A stretch of DNA of 59,757 nucleotides from a virus (Duplodnaviria > Caudoviricetes): IMG/VR virus record IMGVR_UViG_3300028840_001210, positions 1 to 59,757 of that record. The stretch is one strand, 5' to 3'. Positions 43,510 through 52,261 of the stretch are shown in pieces. Below the pieces are notes generated by a model. It saw nothing but the letters and a program-made list of their open reading frames with translations, ran no database searches and was not told where the DNA came from. Position 1 is the stretch's first letter, and each line of letters starts with the position of its first letter. The position numbers and the translations under genes are program-made.

Positions 43510-43589
43510 ACCACACACAGACGCGCGAGCTGGTCGACTTGGCCAGCTCGCCACACAGAGCGCAAAGAGCGCCAGAATGGAGAAACGAC

Positions 43590-44384
43590 ATGAGATACCA
43601 CTTCCACAGACAAGGCACGCCAGACGTCGAGACGTGCGAAGGCACGCGAGCGCAGCTCGCACAGAAGATCAAGAGCGATTGCCAGTACACGATCGATCCC
43701 CTTCCCAAATCTGGAAGCGCGCCACGCGTCTTGATCTTTATGACGCCAGTCAGAGCGCGCTATGGACTACTGGTTACAGAATGGCTGGATCTGCGCTTTC
43801 TTCCCTTCGACGTCGCGCGCGAGCTGGCTGTCGAGTGCGTCGCTTTTTTTGCTGGTCGCCACTCGAAGAGCTGTCGCACTCGCTTCGTCGACGCGATCGC
43901 GCGTGCCGGCAGCTATGCGATCGCGCATCCACGCTTTTGCAGAGAGTGCCATGGCAATGGTTTCTTGATCGACACATACGATCCCAGTCCCCATGGCGTG
44001 TCGCTCGGCTCTGGCTCGCTCGACGCTTTCGAGACGTGCCATGACTGCGTCGACGCTAACAAGTGTCCACGCTGCAGCGCGCCACTGGATCGACTCGCAG
44101 AGCGCTGCACACACTGTACATGGGACTTTGAGCGCCAGAACGATCCCGAGTGCATCGACTTTTATCCAGACCACTGGCCAGAGTGCGACTGTCATGACGC
44201 TGGCGAGATGGCTGTACGCAATGCGCAGCCTCTGGCCGAGCGCGCAGACGTGCAAGTCTATCTTTGGGAAAAGCCAATCGAAAAGATCGACTTTATCGCT
44301 GGCGATCTGTATCGCGTACACTTTGACGATGGCGAGCGCGTCGAGCTGCCTGGGTACTCGAAAGTGCTGGCGCTGCGAGTGTAG
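43590..44384 (+). CDS. Early zinc-finger protein
   Basis: CRECHGNG, CHDC, CPRC, CTHC; GGAGAAACGAC leader. Confidence 0.75.
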   Translation: MRYHFHRQGTPDVETCEGTRAQLAQKIKSDCQYTIDPLPKSGSAPRVLIFMTPVRARYGLLVTEWLDLRFLPFDVARELAVECVAFFAGRHSKSCRTRFVDAIARAGSYAIAHPRFCRECHGNGFLIDTYDPSPHGVSLGSGSLDAFETCHDCVDANKCPRCSAPLDRLAERCTHCTWDFERQNDPECIDFYPDHWPECDCHDAGEMAVRNAQPLAERADVQVYLWEKPIEKIDFIAGDLYRVHFDDGERVELPGYSKVLALRV

Positions 44385-44409
44385 CGCGCGAGCTGCAGCT
44401 CGACGACCA

Positions 44410-44443
44410 GAGAGCGCTGGCCAGAGATGGCTGGCGCTCTTTA
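44410..44443 (+). terminator. Intrinsic terminator abutting a parS-like site
   Basis: AGAGCGCTGGCCA/TGGCTGGCGCTCT stem plus TTATGTTT. Confidence 0.7.
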
Positions 44444-44459
44444 TGTTTCCCGGGAAACA
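44444..44459. promoter_or_regulatory. parS-like palindrome (5 of 6)
   Basis: TGTTTCCCGGGAAACA, 23 bp upstream of a -35 box. Confidence 0.8.
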
Positions 44460-44467
44460 CTCGATCA

Positions 44468-44560
44468 ATCTGGTAAAATGTCTTGACATTCTCTCGCACC
44501 TGTGCTATAATGTGTCTGTTGGACCTGACCGCACGACCACACACACAAGGAGATCGAGCA
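44468..44560 (+). promoter_or_regulatory. Early promoter/leader cassette, copy 4
   Basis: -35 at 44483, -10 at 44506. Confidence 0.9.
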
Positions 44561-44809
44561 ATGCAAGTACACTACTTTGTCGACTGTCAACCAGTACACG
44601 CAGATCAGTTTTTTGGCCAAGGCTGGCAAGACTTTGACGTCTTCGAGCTGGTCGAAGTCGCTGTCGCGCCAGTACATGGCGAGCTGCAGCGGTGGCATGT
44701 TTCTGTCGCTTTCGAGTCTCGGCTCGCTTTCGTACAGCACGCGCAGCACGCCGAGCACGTTGTACGGGTACAAGAGCGGGCCTTCGCTGGCGAGCTTTCT
44801 TCGCTGTAG
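44561..44809 (+). CDS. Early hypothetical protein
   Basis: AGGAG SD. Confidence 0.7.
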   Translation: MQVHYFVDCQPVHADQFFGQGWQDFDVFELVEVAVAPVHGELQRWHVSVAFESRLAFVQHAQHAEHVVRVQERAFAGELSSL

Positions 44810-44832
44810 ACCACACACAGAGAGAGACGACC

Positions 44833-45072
44833 ATGTCGACCACAGAGACCAAGATCAAACTGACAAGGATCTGCGCTGGACTTTACAAGTACACGCGCAG
44901 CGATGGCAAGACGTACACGATCGAGCAAGGCGACGATCCAAGCTCAAGCTGGTATAGAGAATGGATCGTGCGCAGCGATCGAGATCCCTTCGACTATAGC
45001 GATCCCAAGTGGACGCTGCGCGAGTGTCGCGACTGGCTCGCCGAGTCAGAGAGTCAGATCGCGAGCGCATAG
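44833..45072 (+). CDS. Early hypothetical protein
   Basis: CCACACACAG leader; TLRECRDW. Confidence 0.7.
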   Translation: MSTTETKIKLTRICAGLYKYTRSDGKTYTIEQGDDPSSSWYREWIVRSDRDPFDYSDPKWTLRECRDWLAESESQIASA

Positions 45073-45113
45073 GCTCGCGTCCAAAAAGGCCAAGAGAGCT
45101 GGCGAGAAAGTCA

Positions 45114-45215
45114 AAAGATCTTCACAAAAAGTCTTGACATTCTCGCCAGCCTGTGCTATAATGTGTCTGTTGGACCTGACCGCACGACCACACACACAAT
45201 ACTTGGAGAAACGAC
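45114..45215 (+). promoter_or_regulatory. Early promoter/leader cassette, copy 5
   Basis: -35 at 45134, -10 at 45157. Confidence 0.9.
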
Positions 45216-45467
45216 ATGCAGACAGTCCAGATCGATGGCAAGACTTACAGACTACACAGCGACGTACTAGGCGCAGAAGGCCAGCACCAAGACGCGCGCG
45301 ACGCTTTCGCCGAGCTTGGGATCACTGGCTTTTATAACGCGCTCGCCCCACGTCGCCGCAACTACTTCGAGCAAGTCTTCATTCTGAGCGATGGCTCTGC
45401 GATGCTCGCAGACTCGCGTATCAGCTCGCAAGTCTCGCGCAAGCTGGCCGAGAAGGCGCGCGCATAA
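45216..45467 (+). CDS. Early hypothetical protein
   Basis: Leader boxes. Confidence 0.7.
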   Translation: MQTVQIDGKTYRLHSDVLGAEGQHQDARDAFAELGITGFYNALAPRRRNYFEQVFILSDGSAMLADSRISSQVSRKLAEKARA

Positions 45468-46003
45468 TGAAGACCACGACATGGCGCTACCTCACAACCC
45501 AAGAGCGCGAGATCGCCAGCGCTTTCGCGAGCGAGATCGATCTCGTGCCAGCCGAGCCAGTCGCAGTGGGCTGCGTCTCTGGCGTCTGGTACTATGCGCA
45601 CGTCGACGACTGGAAAGACAGCGAAGCGACGCTCTCGACAGTGGCGCTGGACGATGGCGACGAAGAGCCAGTCGTCGCGTCGAGTCTCGACAAGCACCAA
45701 ACAAAGCCGGTCGAAGTGCTCGCCACGAGACCACACAAGACCAAAGACGATCGCGTCGCTGTGTACTACTCGCGACGCTGGCGTCAGTCTGGCTGGTACG
45801 TCAAACAGTGCTGGCGCTGCAAAGTGGATCTCGTGTACTTGTCGCGCGTCCAGCCACATGGCGACGTCTGCGTCTGGCACGTCTGCCCCAAGTGCCAGCA
45901 CGAGAGCCGCCCCATGTACCCTGGGTACAATCCACCAAAGCCCAAGCACGGTGGACGCCAGCATGGTCACTTGCGCATGCGTCGCGCGAACAGTGGGTAC
46001 TAG
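45467..46003 (+). CDS. Early hypothetical protein with zinc ribbon
   Basis: TAATG coupling; CWRC...CPKC. Confidence 0.65.
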   Translation: MKTTTWRYLTTQEREIASAFASEIDLVPAEPVAVGCVSGVWYYAHVDDWKDSEATLSTVALDDGDEEPVVASSLDKHQTKPVEVLATRPHKTKDDRVAVYYSRRWRQSGWYVKQCWRCKVDLVYLSRVQPHGDVCVWHVCPKCQHESRPMYPGYNPPKPKHGGRQHGHLRMRRANSGY

Positions 46004-46085
46004 CACAAGTGGACAAACGAGAGCGAGTCGACGCTCGCTCTCGCTATCATACACCAAGCACAACACACATAGAAAGGATCGACCA

Positions 46086-46298
46086 ATGAAAGACCAGAGC
46101 GAAAAGAAAGTACAAGTAGCATACCGGATCAGTCCCAAGCACGTTGTCATGCTCGACGAAGTCGCGCTCGCGCTTGGCTTGACCTGGGGAGGGGGACCAA
46201 ACAAAAGCGCAGCGATCGAGCGCGCGATCGAGATGGCACATGGCCAGCTCGCGCAGATACGTGGCGAGCAAGTGCTCGCCAGCGAACCAGCCGACTAG
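46086..46298 (+). CDS. Ribbon-helix-helix DNA-binding protein
   Basis: KVQVAYRIS....LDEVA....NKSAAIERAI. Confidence 0.65.
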   Translation: MKDQSEKKVQVAYRISPKHVVMLDEVALALGLTWGGGPNKSAAIERAIEMAHGQLAQIRGEQVLASEPAD

Positions 46299-46322
46299 AG
46301 CCACACACAAAGGAGAAACGAC

Positions 46323-47330
46323 ATGGAACACAGCACACATGGACTGGTAGCACGCAAGATCTTTTTTGCTGGCTCGACAGACGCGCAGCTCTGCGAGATG
46401 CCACTCGCGAAAGCTGCGAAACAGATCGAGCTTATGCAGCTCGCGCCCGAGCGCGTCGAGATCGCGATACGCTGCGCAGAGCTTGACGTCTTCTCTGTAC
46501 GCGAGCAAGGCGATCTCTGTCTCAAAGGCGATCCCTTCGAGCTGGCTGCAGTCGCGATCGCTTGGTCATACGAGACAGTCAACCACTGCGATCGACTCTT
46601 GACAGACGCGTCGCGCTTGGTCTGGCGCTCTCTCTTTGACTATGAGATCGCAGCGTACCCAAGCGACGCAAAGCCAGACGATCCAGATCTCGCTGTCTGG
46701 TTTGGCGATCAGTGGTACTATGCAAAAGACGAAACCGACGACGAAGGTATCGGCGACACGCAGATCAAGATCTGCACTCGTGGCGACGAAGACTCTGGCG
46801 ATCTGGATCGCGTCCCGATCACAGTACAGCATGCCGCATCATGGTCGAGAGTCGAGCACCAAGCGCATGTCGAGTACCTATCGCGCACACTCAAAGAGCA
46901 CAAAGAGCACGTCGAGCACGAGCAAGTACTCGCAGAACGCAAGCGAGTCGCGCGAGAGCTAGTCAAGGCCTGGATCGTCTCACACCATGGGGTGAGCATG
47001 GACATGATCGAGCCAGTGCTCTCGCTCGACGTCTCTGGCTCGATCGACGACATACTCTGTACGATGGACGTACCAGCGCATACGATCATAAAGTGGCGCA
47101 TGTCCAAGATCACAGATCAGATCCACGATCTGCAGCACTGGACCGCGTCGACTGACTTTATGGTCTTCGATCGCGCTGGTCGCCATCTCGAAGACTTTGC
47201 ACACCTCGGCGACGCGCTGCGCTTGGCTCGCGTCCAGCACCTTCGCGAGCTGTCGACGATGGCCAGCGCCCTCTTGGGTAGCGACCAGACAGAAGAGACG
47301 CTCGAAGAGCAAGTCGAGCGCGCACGATAA
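46323..47330 (+). CDS. Early hypothetical protein
   Basis: Both leader boxes; 335 aa. Confidence 0.75.
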   Translation: MEHSTHGLVARKIFFAGSTDAQLCEMPLAKAAKQIELMQLAPERVEIAIRCAELDVFSVREQGDLCLKGDPFELAAVAIAWSYETVNHCDRLLTDASRLVWRSLFDYEIAAYPSDAKPDDPDLAVWFGDQWYYAKDETDDEGIGDTQIKICTRGDEDSGDLDRVPITVQHAASWSRVEHQAHVEYLSRTLKEHKEHVEHEQVLAERKRVARELVKAWIVSHHGVSMDMIEPVLSLDVSGSIDDILCTMDVPAHTIIKWRMSKITDQIHDLQHWTASTDFMVFDRAGRHLEDFAHLGDALRLARVQHLRELSTMASALLGSDQTEETLEEQVERAR

Positions 47331-47346
47331 AGTCGACCAGAACGAC

Positions 47347-47381
47347 AAGAGCGCTGGCGAGATGGCCAGCGCTCTCTTTTT
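47347..47381. terminator. Terminator between convergent operons
   Basis: AGAGCGCTGGC/GCCAGCGCTCT stem plus CTTTTT. Confidence 0.75.
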
Positions 47382-47395
47382 GTGTCTCGTGGTCG

Positions 47396-47908
47396 TCAAG
47401 CGCGCAAACAGTCTTCGCAGTCTGGCATGCCAGTCTTGCACAAGACGCACTTGTCTGCAGTCTTCGACTTTGTCTCTCTCTTCGCAGCCAGTACCATCGT
47501 CCAGACAAAGACGAAGAAGCACGCAGCCACAAAAGCGCATATGCTCATGATCTGAAAGTACACTCGCCACGCTCGGCGCCGCTCGACGCCCTCGAGCACT
47601 GCAGTGATCTGCGCTTCCAGTAGCACGCGTCGCGCGTGCGCGTCTGTGTTGGCTGTGATGCGCTCGACGTCTGCGTCGCCTTGCGCGCGTATCTCTTCGA
47701 CGCGTGCTCGCGCGAGCGCTTCGTCTGTGCGCGCCTGTTGTGTCTGCGCTTCCAGCTCTGCGATCTTTTCGAGCGCAGCGACGTCGACGCCAGTACTCTG
47801 GCGCTGGCCATCGTTCACAGTGACCCCAACAAAGAGACATGCAGCCGCGATCATGAGCACACCAAGACCAAAGACCACGCGAAGCGCTCTTCCTTCTGCT
47901 ACCAACAT
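47396..47908 (-). CDS. Two-TM coiled-coil membrane protein
   Basis: Hydrophobic ends around a heptad region; AAGGGGG SD. Confidence 0.65.
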   Translation of the reverse strand: MLVAEGRALRVVFGLGVLMIAAACLFVGVTVNDGQRQSTGVDVAALEKIAELEAQTQQARTDEALARARVEEIRAQGDADVERITANTDAHARRVLLEAQITAVLEGVERRRAWRVYFQIMSICAFVAACFFVFVWTMVLAAKRETKSKTADKCVLCKTGMPDCEDCLRA

Positions 47909-47919
47909 GATACCCCCTT

Positions 47920-48408
47920 CTAGTGTATGACTTCTATGTCTGGCGCTGGCTGTGGATCGTCGATCGTGTATGGCATGCGACCGAGATCGATCTCTTGCGA
48001 GCCGCCAGACTCGCGACCAGTGATCAGGCGCTGCGCGCCATAGATGCGCACGTCGCTGGCCTGGATGCCGGCAGTATAGAGCGAGTGCGCGATCTTGTCG
48101 AGCACGCGATCCATGCCGCTTTCGACCTTGCCCACTTGGACAGATGCGAAGCGATAGCCGAGCCACATGGCGACGCCAGCGCACACTGGGATCGCAGTGC
48201 TGGCCAGCATCGCCCACGCGATCGCGACGCCCTTGCTCTGTATGGCGAGCCAGCTATACCAGACCAAGTACAGCGAGATCGCCAGCGTCGCAAGTAGCGC
48301 GACTGCGAGCCCGATCCCGACCACGCCGAGCACGTCGAGCGCTTGCTTGATCTTGCTCGGCTGTACTGGCTGTGGACCTTCGACGCTCGTGTATGATACT
48401 CTCTTCAT
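47920..48408 (-). CDS. Membrane protein downstream of the FtsK-like gene (Spd-like by position)
   Basis: Two TM helices; ATGA-coupled to the ATPase. Confidence 0.6.
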   Translation of the reverse strand: MKRVSYTSVEGPQPVQPSKIKQALDVLGVVGIGLAVALLATLAISLYLVWYSWLAIQSKGVAIAWAMLASTAIPVCAGVAMWLGYRFASVQVGKVESGMDRVLDKIAHSLYTAGIQASDVRIYGAQRLITGRESGGSQEIDLGRMPYTIDDPQPAPDIEVIH

Positions 48409-49832
48409 GCTTCGTTCCTTTCTTGACTGTCTGTCTGTCTACCAAAAGCGCGCGCGTCTTCGTCGCCAGCTCGGCCTGTCTGGCCAGCTCTGTGCGTCTC
48501 TAGCCAGACAGACAGCTCTGCGCTGCCCTCGAGCTGCGACCAGACGTCACGACCAAGAGCCAAGAGCCAGCGCGCTCGCGACGCGCCTGGCTTGCGCTCG
48601 CTGTCCAGTCGCTGGACCATTGCCGGCCTTCCATCGCCAGCGATCGCTGCGCGCATGGTCGCCTGCAATTCGTCCACTGTCGCTGGCTGTCGCCGACTTG
48701 GTCGCTGTGGTACGTCTTGGCCGACGTCTTCGAGCTGGACCTCTGGCCAAGCATCGAAGAGCCAGCGCTCTATGTCGCGCTGCGCGACTTGTGCCATGAG
48801 CTTCGCTTCGTCGAGTATGGCGACCTGTACGCGATGGACAGCGCCGGGACTGACTGTGTACGCATCGCCAGCGCCCAAGAGACGATCAGCTCTTGGAGTC
48901 GACGACCCCACAGCCACGCGCGACGCGTCGAGATCGTCGACTCGCAGCGCCAGCTTGCCCACCAAGCACCGACGCGTCGAAGCGTCGCCGAAAGCGTCGA
49001 GCGCCGGGTGTTGTGTGGCACAAACGAGATGGACGCGAGCCGCTCGGCCTTCTCTGGCGATCTTGGCCATCAGACCAGCGATAGTACGATCGTTTGTCAG
49101 CTCTTGGAACTCATCAAAGAGCACGACCAAGGGATCGCACGCCAGAGCTGGCTTTTCATGGTGCTCGTATCGCTCGCGCATAGTCTTCGCAGCAAAAGCC
49201 AGAGCGCTGATCACTTGCTCGCGAGACGTCGCCACTGGCCCGACCACACCGGCCAGACGCTGGCACGAGCGCAGCGAGTCGCCATACTTGCCATCGATCA
49301 GCACGAGCCTGGCTCGCTCTTTCTCTGTCGCGTGGCGTGCGAGCTGGTAAGCAATAGAGCGCATGGCGATCGTCTTGCCAGATCCCGGCGTGCCAGAGAT
49401 CAGCACGTGAGGGATCGCGTCGCAGAGCTGCATGGCGATCGTCTGGCCGTATTCGTTCATGCCCACGACAAAGACGTCTGGTCGTAGCGGGTATGGCGCG
49501 AGATCTCCAAGTGCGACAGAAGTCATGGCCAGCTCGCTCGGCCATGCCGCTTCCACGCGCACATGGCGCGACTGCATAAAGACAGAAGGATCGCCAGCAA
49601 ACGACCACGGCACAAACTGACGCAAGAGCGCGCTGTCGTGCTTGCGCAGCGCCTGCAGCGTGCGACCAGCGTACATGCCAGCGTCGAGCAAGAGAGCGCC
49701 AGCTCTAGGCCCGCATACAGCGCGCAAGTCTCGAAGCTGGAAAGCATCGCCGAAAGCGCCACGACCAGCCGCACTGTACAGCGCCTGACCCCACTGTCGC
49801 AAGTAGTCAGATCTGATCTGTCGCGTGTCCAT
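48405..49832 (-). CDS. FtsK/SpoIIIE (TraB-like) DNA translocase ATPase
   Basis: PHVLISGTPGSGKT, LIDGK, VVLFDEFQEL, GRAARVHLVCATQHP, LLGAGD. Confidence 0.9.
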   Translation of the reverse strand: MDTRQIRSDYLRQWGQALYSAAGRGAFGDAFQLRDLRAVCGPRAGALLLDAGMYAGRTLQALRKHDSALLRQFVPWSFAGDPSVFMQSRHVRVEAAWPSELAMTSVALGDLAPYPLRPDVFVVGMNEYGQTIAMQLCDAIPHVLISGTPGSGKTIAMRSIAYQLARHATEKERARLVLIDGKYGDSLRSCQRLAGVVGPVATSREQVISALAFAAKTMRERYEHHEKPALACDPLVVLFDEFQELTNDRTIAGLMAKIAREGRAARVHLVCATQHPALDAFGDASTRRCLVGKLALRVDDLDASRVAVGSSTPRADRLLGAGDAYTVSPGAVHRVQVAILDEAKLMAQVAQRDIERWLFDAWPEVQLEDVGQDVPQRPSRRQPATVDELQATMRAAIAGDGRPAMVQRLDSERKPGASRARWLLALGRDVWSQLEGSAELSVWLETHRAGQTGRAGDEDARAFGRQTDSQERNEA

Positions 49833-49983
49833 CGCTGGCCCTTTCCACAAGACGCGCTTGGCCTTCTACCACAGTCAGATCGTACTTTTTGACGATCATG
49901 TTTTTGAGCGCTTTTGTGTACGCTGGCAAGCAAGCCAGAAAGCCAAGCACGAAACCAAAAGCAAAAGCCCAAAGACCAGTCAT
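49807..49983 (-). CDS. Small single-TM protein (paralogue B)
   Basis: AFGFVLGF...YDLT...GQ. Confidence 0.6.
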   Translation of the reverse strand: MTGLWAFAFGFVLGFLACLPAYTKALKNMIVKKYDLTVVEGQARLVERASDGHATDQI

Positions 49984-50153
49984 GGCTGTCTCTCTCTCTT
50001 TACCCAAGTAAGCTGGCCATACTGGCGCGTGAGATCATGCGTCTTTGTCTTGTCAGAATAACACTTCGCCAGCCAGCCAAAGCCAAGTATAAAACCAAAC
50101 GCGCCAGAACAGAAAGCGATCAAAAGTCCACCGCAAAAAGTAAAAAAGTCCAT
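49980..50153 (-). CDS. Small TM protein (paralogue A; absent from the ORF track)
   Basis: MDFFTFCGGLLIAFCSGAFGFILGF...HDLTRQYGQ; AGGGGGA SD. Confidence 0.6.
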   Translation of the reverse strand: MDFFTFCGGLLIAFCSGAFGFILGFGWLAKCYSDKTKTHDLTRQYGQLTWVKRERQP

Positions 50154-50157
50154 GTGT

Positions 50158-50475
50158 CTATCCCCCTATAGTTTGCATAGCTTCGAGTATGTCGTCGTCG
50201 ATCACGACTTCGATGGCTGGAACGTCACCGGGCCCTGACACCTCGAGCGGCGTGCTAAACATGTCCCCAAGATACTCGGCGAGACGCTCGGCCAGCTCGC
50301 GCAGCGCTGGATCGTCGAGTATGCACTCGCGCGCGTCGCGCTCTTGCGCGGCTTTGTCGAGCGTCTCTCGGATCCTTGTCGATCGCTCGTTTCGTGGCAA
50401 GCTGGCCAGCCACGCAGCGAGCGACGGGTACTCTTCCGGACAGTACGAAAAGGTCACTCTGGCGATCTTGCGCAT
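50158..50475 (-). CDS. ParR-like adaptor / DNA-binding protein
   Basis: RVTFS...L..WL..LP..ERS..IRE.L and an acidic tail; in the ParM operon. Confidence 0.6.
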   Translation of the reverse strand: MRKIARVTFSYCPEEYPSLAAWLASLPRNERSTRIRETLDKAAQERDARECILDDPALRELAERLAEYLGDMFSTPLEVSGPGDVPAIEVVIDDDILEAMQTIGG

Positions 50476-50699
50476 GTCTCGCTCTCTTCTGTCCAGCCTG
50501 GCTGGCCAGCTTGCCACTCGCGACGATCCAGCTTTTTCTGGCACTCTGGACAAGGATCGTCTGGCGCTGGTATCCAGTCGAGATCCGTGTCGACACTGTC
50601 ATCGATGTAAGTATCGGCAGATCCACAGTAGATACACTCTTGCGCGCCAGTGTCTGGCCAGCACTCGCCGCACACATTGCAGACTCTGATCTCTTCCAT
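50454..50699 (-). CDS. Small zinc-binding protein
   Basis: Three CxxC pairs. Confidence 0.55.
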   Translation of the reverse strand: MEEIRVCNVCGECWPDTGAQECIYCGSADTYIDDSVDTDLDWIPAPDDPCPECQKKLDRREWQAGQPGWTEESETCARSPE

Positions 50700-50740
50700 G
50701 TTCACACTCCGTAACATGTCTGGCGCTCTTTGCTTCTCAC

Positions 50741-51787
50741 CTAGTAAGAAGACTGGCGCGACAAAAAAAGGCCATACTTGAGAAAGCCACGCACATTGGC
50801 GAGCTGTGGATCTGGCACTGTCTCGGCGTGCTGGTATCGCTCGGCCAGAGTGCCGGCGACCATGGCTTGCGCGCCCCCACAGAGAAAAACACGATCCAGA
50901 TCAGCGCCTTCTCCCCAGTACGACGCGCAGAAAGCGACCACAGCTTCGCCGAAAGTCTCGCGCGCAGCGTTGATCGCTGGCGTAAGGTCGACCTGGTCGC
51001 CATAGTAGAACACATGGCCAGCGACGATGGCGCGCGAGATCTCAAAGTCTGACAGCTCTAGGCCTGGACAGTTATGTCGCAGCCACTGACGCACCAAGCG
51101 AGCAACGTACAAGCCGCCACGCTTCATGCTGCCACGTCTGTCTGGCAAGTCTTGCAGGCGCTGCACTGTGAGTACTTGCGTCGTACCTCCCCCGACGTCG
51201 AGCACGCCAAAGCGACCACGCGCGAGATCTTGATCTCGCATCGTGCCACGATCGTCGAGCACGCGATCCAGCACGCAGCCGAAAGGCTGGGGGACCACTC
51301 GCACGACGCGTACTTCCAGCTTTTGCCACGAGCCGCGATCGCCGAGCTTGATCGAGTGCGAGCCATTCAGTACAGCGCGCACGTGCTCGATCGCGCCATC
51401 ATTCTGGATCGTCGAGATGGGAAGACCGACGACCACGTCGAGATCGACTCGCGTGGCGTGCGATACCTGGCCGAGCGCAGCCAGTGCCAAGATGCGCCAG
51501 ATCTGCGACTCGATCCAGCGCTCTGACTCTTCATTGATCAAGAGACCAGAGCGATCGATCGCGCTCTGGCCGACAGCATACTCTGTATCATCGCCCTGGA
51601 AGCGCACGAGCATGCTGGCGCTCGCTCTATGGACGCTCATGAGCGACTCGACGTACTTGCACGCGACAGACTCAAAAAGAACAGTCTGCAGCTCGCCACG
51701 CTGCGCTTGGTTTCCCGGGAAACATTGCCGAGAGCCAGAGACAGCGACAGCGGTTTTGTAGTACCCAACGTCAAGACCTACGATCAT
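50741..51787 (-). CDS. parM: ParM/StbA-family actin-like ATPase
   Basis: GLDVGYYKT, VVGLP, VVPQP, VLDVGGGTT, FLCGGA, ANVRGF. Confidence 0.9.
   Translation of the reverse strand: MIVGLDVGYYKTAVAVSGSRQCFPGNQAQRGELQTVLFESVACKYVESLMSVHRASASMLVRFQGDDTEYAVGQSAIDRSGLLINEESERWIESQIWRILALAALGQVSHATRVDLDVVVGLPISTIQNDGAIEHVRAVLNGSHSIKLGDRGSWQKLEVRVVRVVPQPFGCVLDRVLDDRGTMRDQDLARGRFGVLDVGGGTTQVLTVQRLQDLPDRRGSMKRGGLYVARLVRQWLRHNCPGLELSDFEISRAIVAGHVFYYGDQVDLTPAINAARETFGEAVVAFCASYWGEGADLDRVFLCGGAQAMVAGTLAERYQHAETVPDPQLANVRGFLKYGLFLSRQSSY
51709..51724. promoter_or_regulatory. parS-like palindrome (6 of 6), inside the parM 5' end
   Basis: GGTTTCCCGGGAAACA (15/16). Confidence 0.75.
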
Positions 51788-51930
51788 GACTTTCCCCCTT
51801 ACCAGTCCAAAAGCGCACGACTGTGCGCACGAGTAAAAAGATCATAGAACCAAGTCCCCCGACGACTGCGAACCACGACCAAGCGATCGCCAGTCTCGAC
51901 GTCAAGAGCGAGACTAAAAGCTCGACAGAG

Positions 51931-52050
51931 TCACGATCCATGGTCGTCGCCTTTCAGCACGTACCCACGCAAAGCCCACAGACACGCAAAGATCAGCGAG
52001 ACCAAGATCCAGATCCCGAGCACGCGCAAGACCAGCTCAAAAGCCGACAT
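51931..52050 (-). CDS. Small membrane peptide
   Basis: MSAFELVLRVLGIWILVSLIFACLW; GGGAG SD. Confidence 0.5.
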   Translation of the reverse strand: MSAFELVLRVLGIWILVSLIFACLWALRGYVLKGDDHGS

Positions 52051-52261
52051 GCTCTTCTCCCACAGTGCCAGACTCTTCGTCGAGCACGTCGCCAGACTCG
52101 ACAAAGTCGCCCTCTCTGCGTCGCATGCGCTGCAGCACGAGAAACGAAGACATGCCAACCTTGTCGAGTCGCCGAAAGAGACCAGCGAGAGCGCACTCCA
52201 TGCGCACTATATGCACCAAGAGCGCCACAAAGATCGCGATCACGAGCTGTCTGTCTGTCAT
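52037..52261 (-). CDS. Small membrane-anchored protein
   Basis: ATGA-coupled to the HTH gene; hydrophobic N-terminus. Confidence 0.55.
   Translation of the reverse strand: MTDRQLVIAIFVALLVHIVRMECALAGLFRRLDKVGMSSFLVLQRMRRREGDFVESGDVLDEESGTVGEEHVGF

Noticed and set aside
42594-44384. 596-aa ORF from the track
   Set aside because: It crosses a terminator, a promoter and another gene; only 43590-44384 has an SD and protein-like sequence
41604-45215. Repeated elements as a CRISPR or other guide-RNA array
   Set aside because: Copies are 0.6-1.7 kb apart, separated by whole genes, and contain -35/-10 boxes; there are no regular short spacers or cas operon
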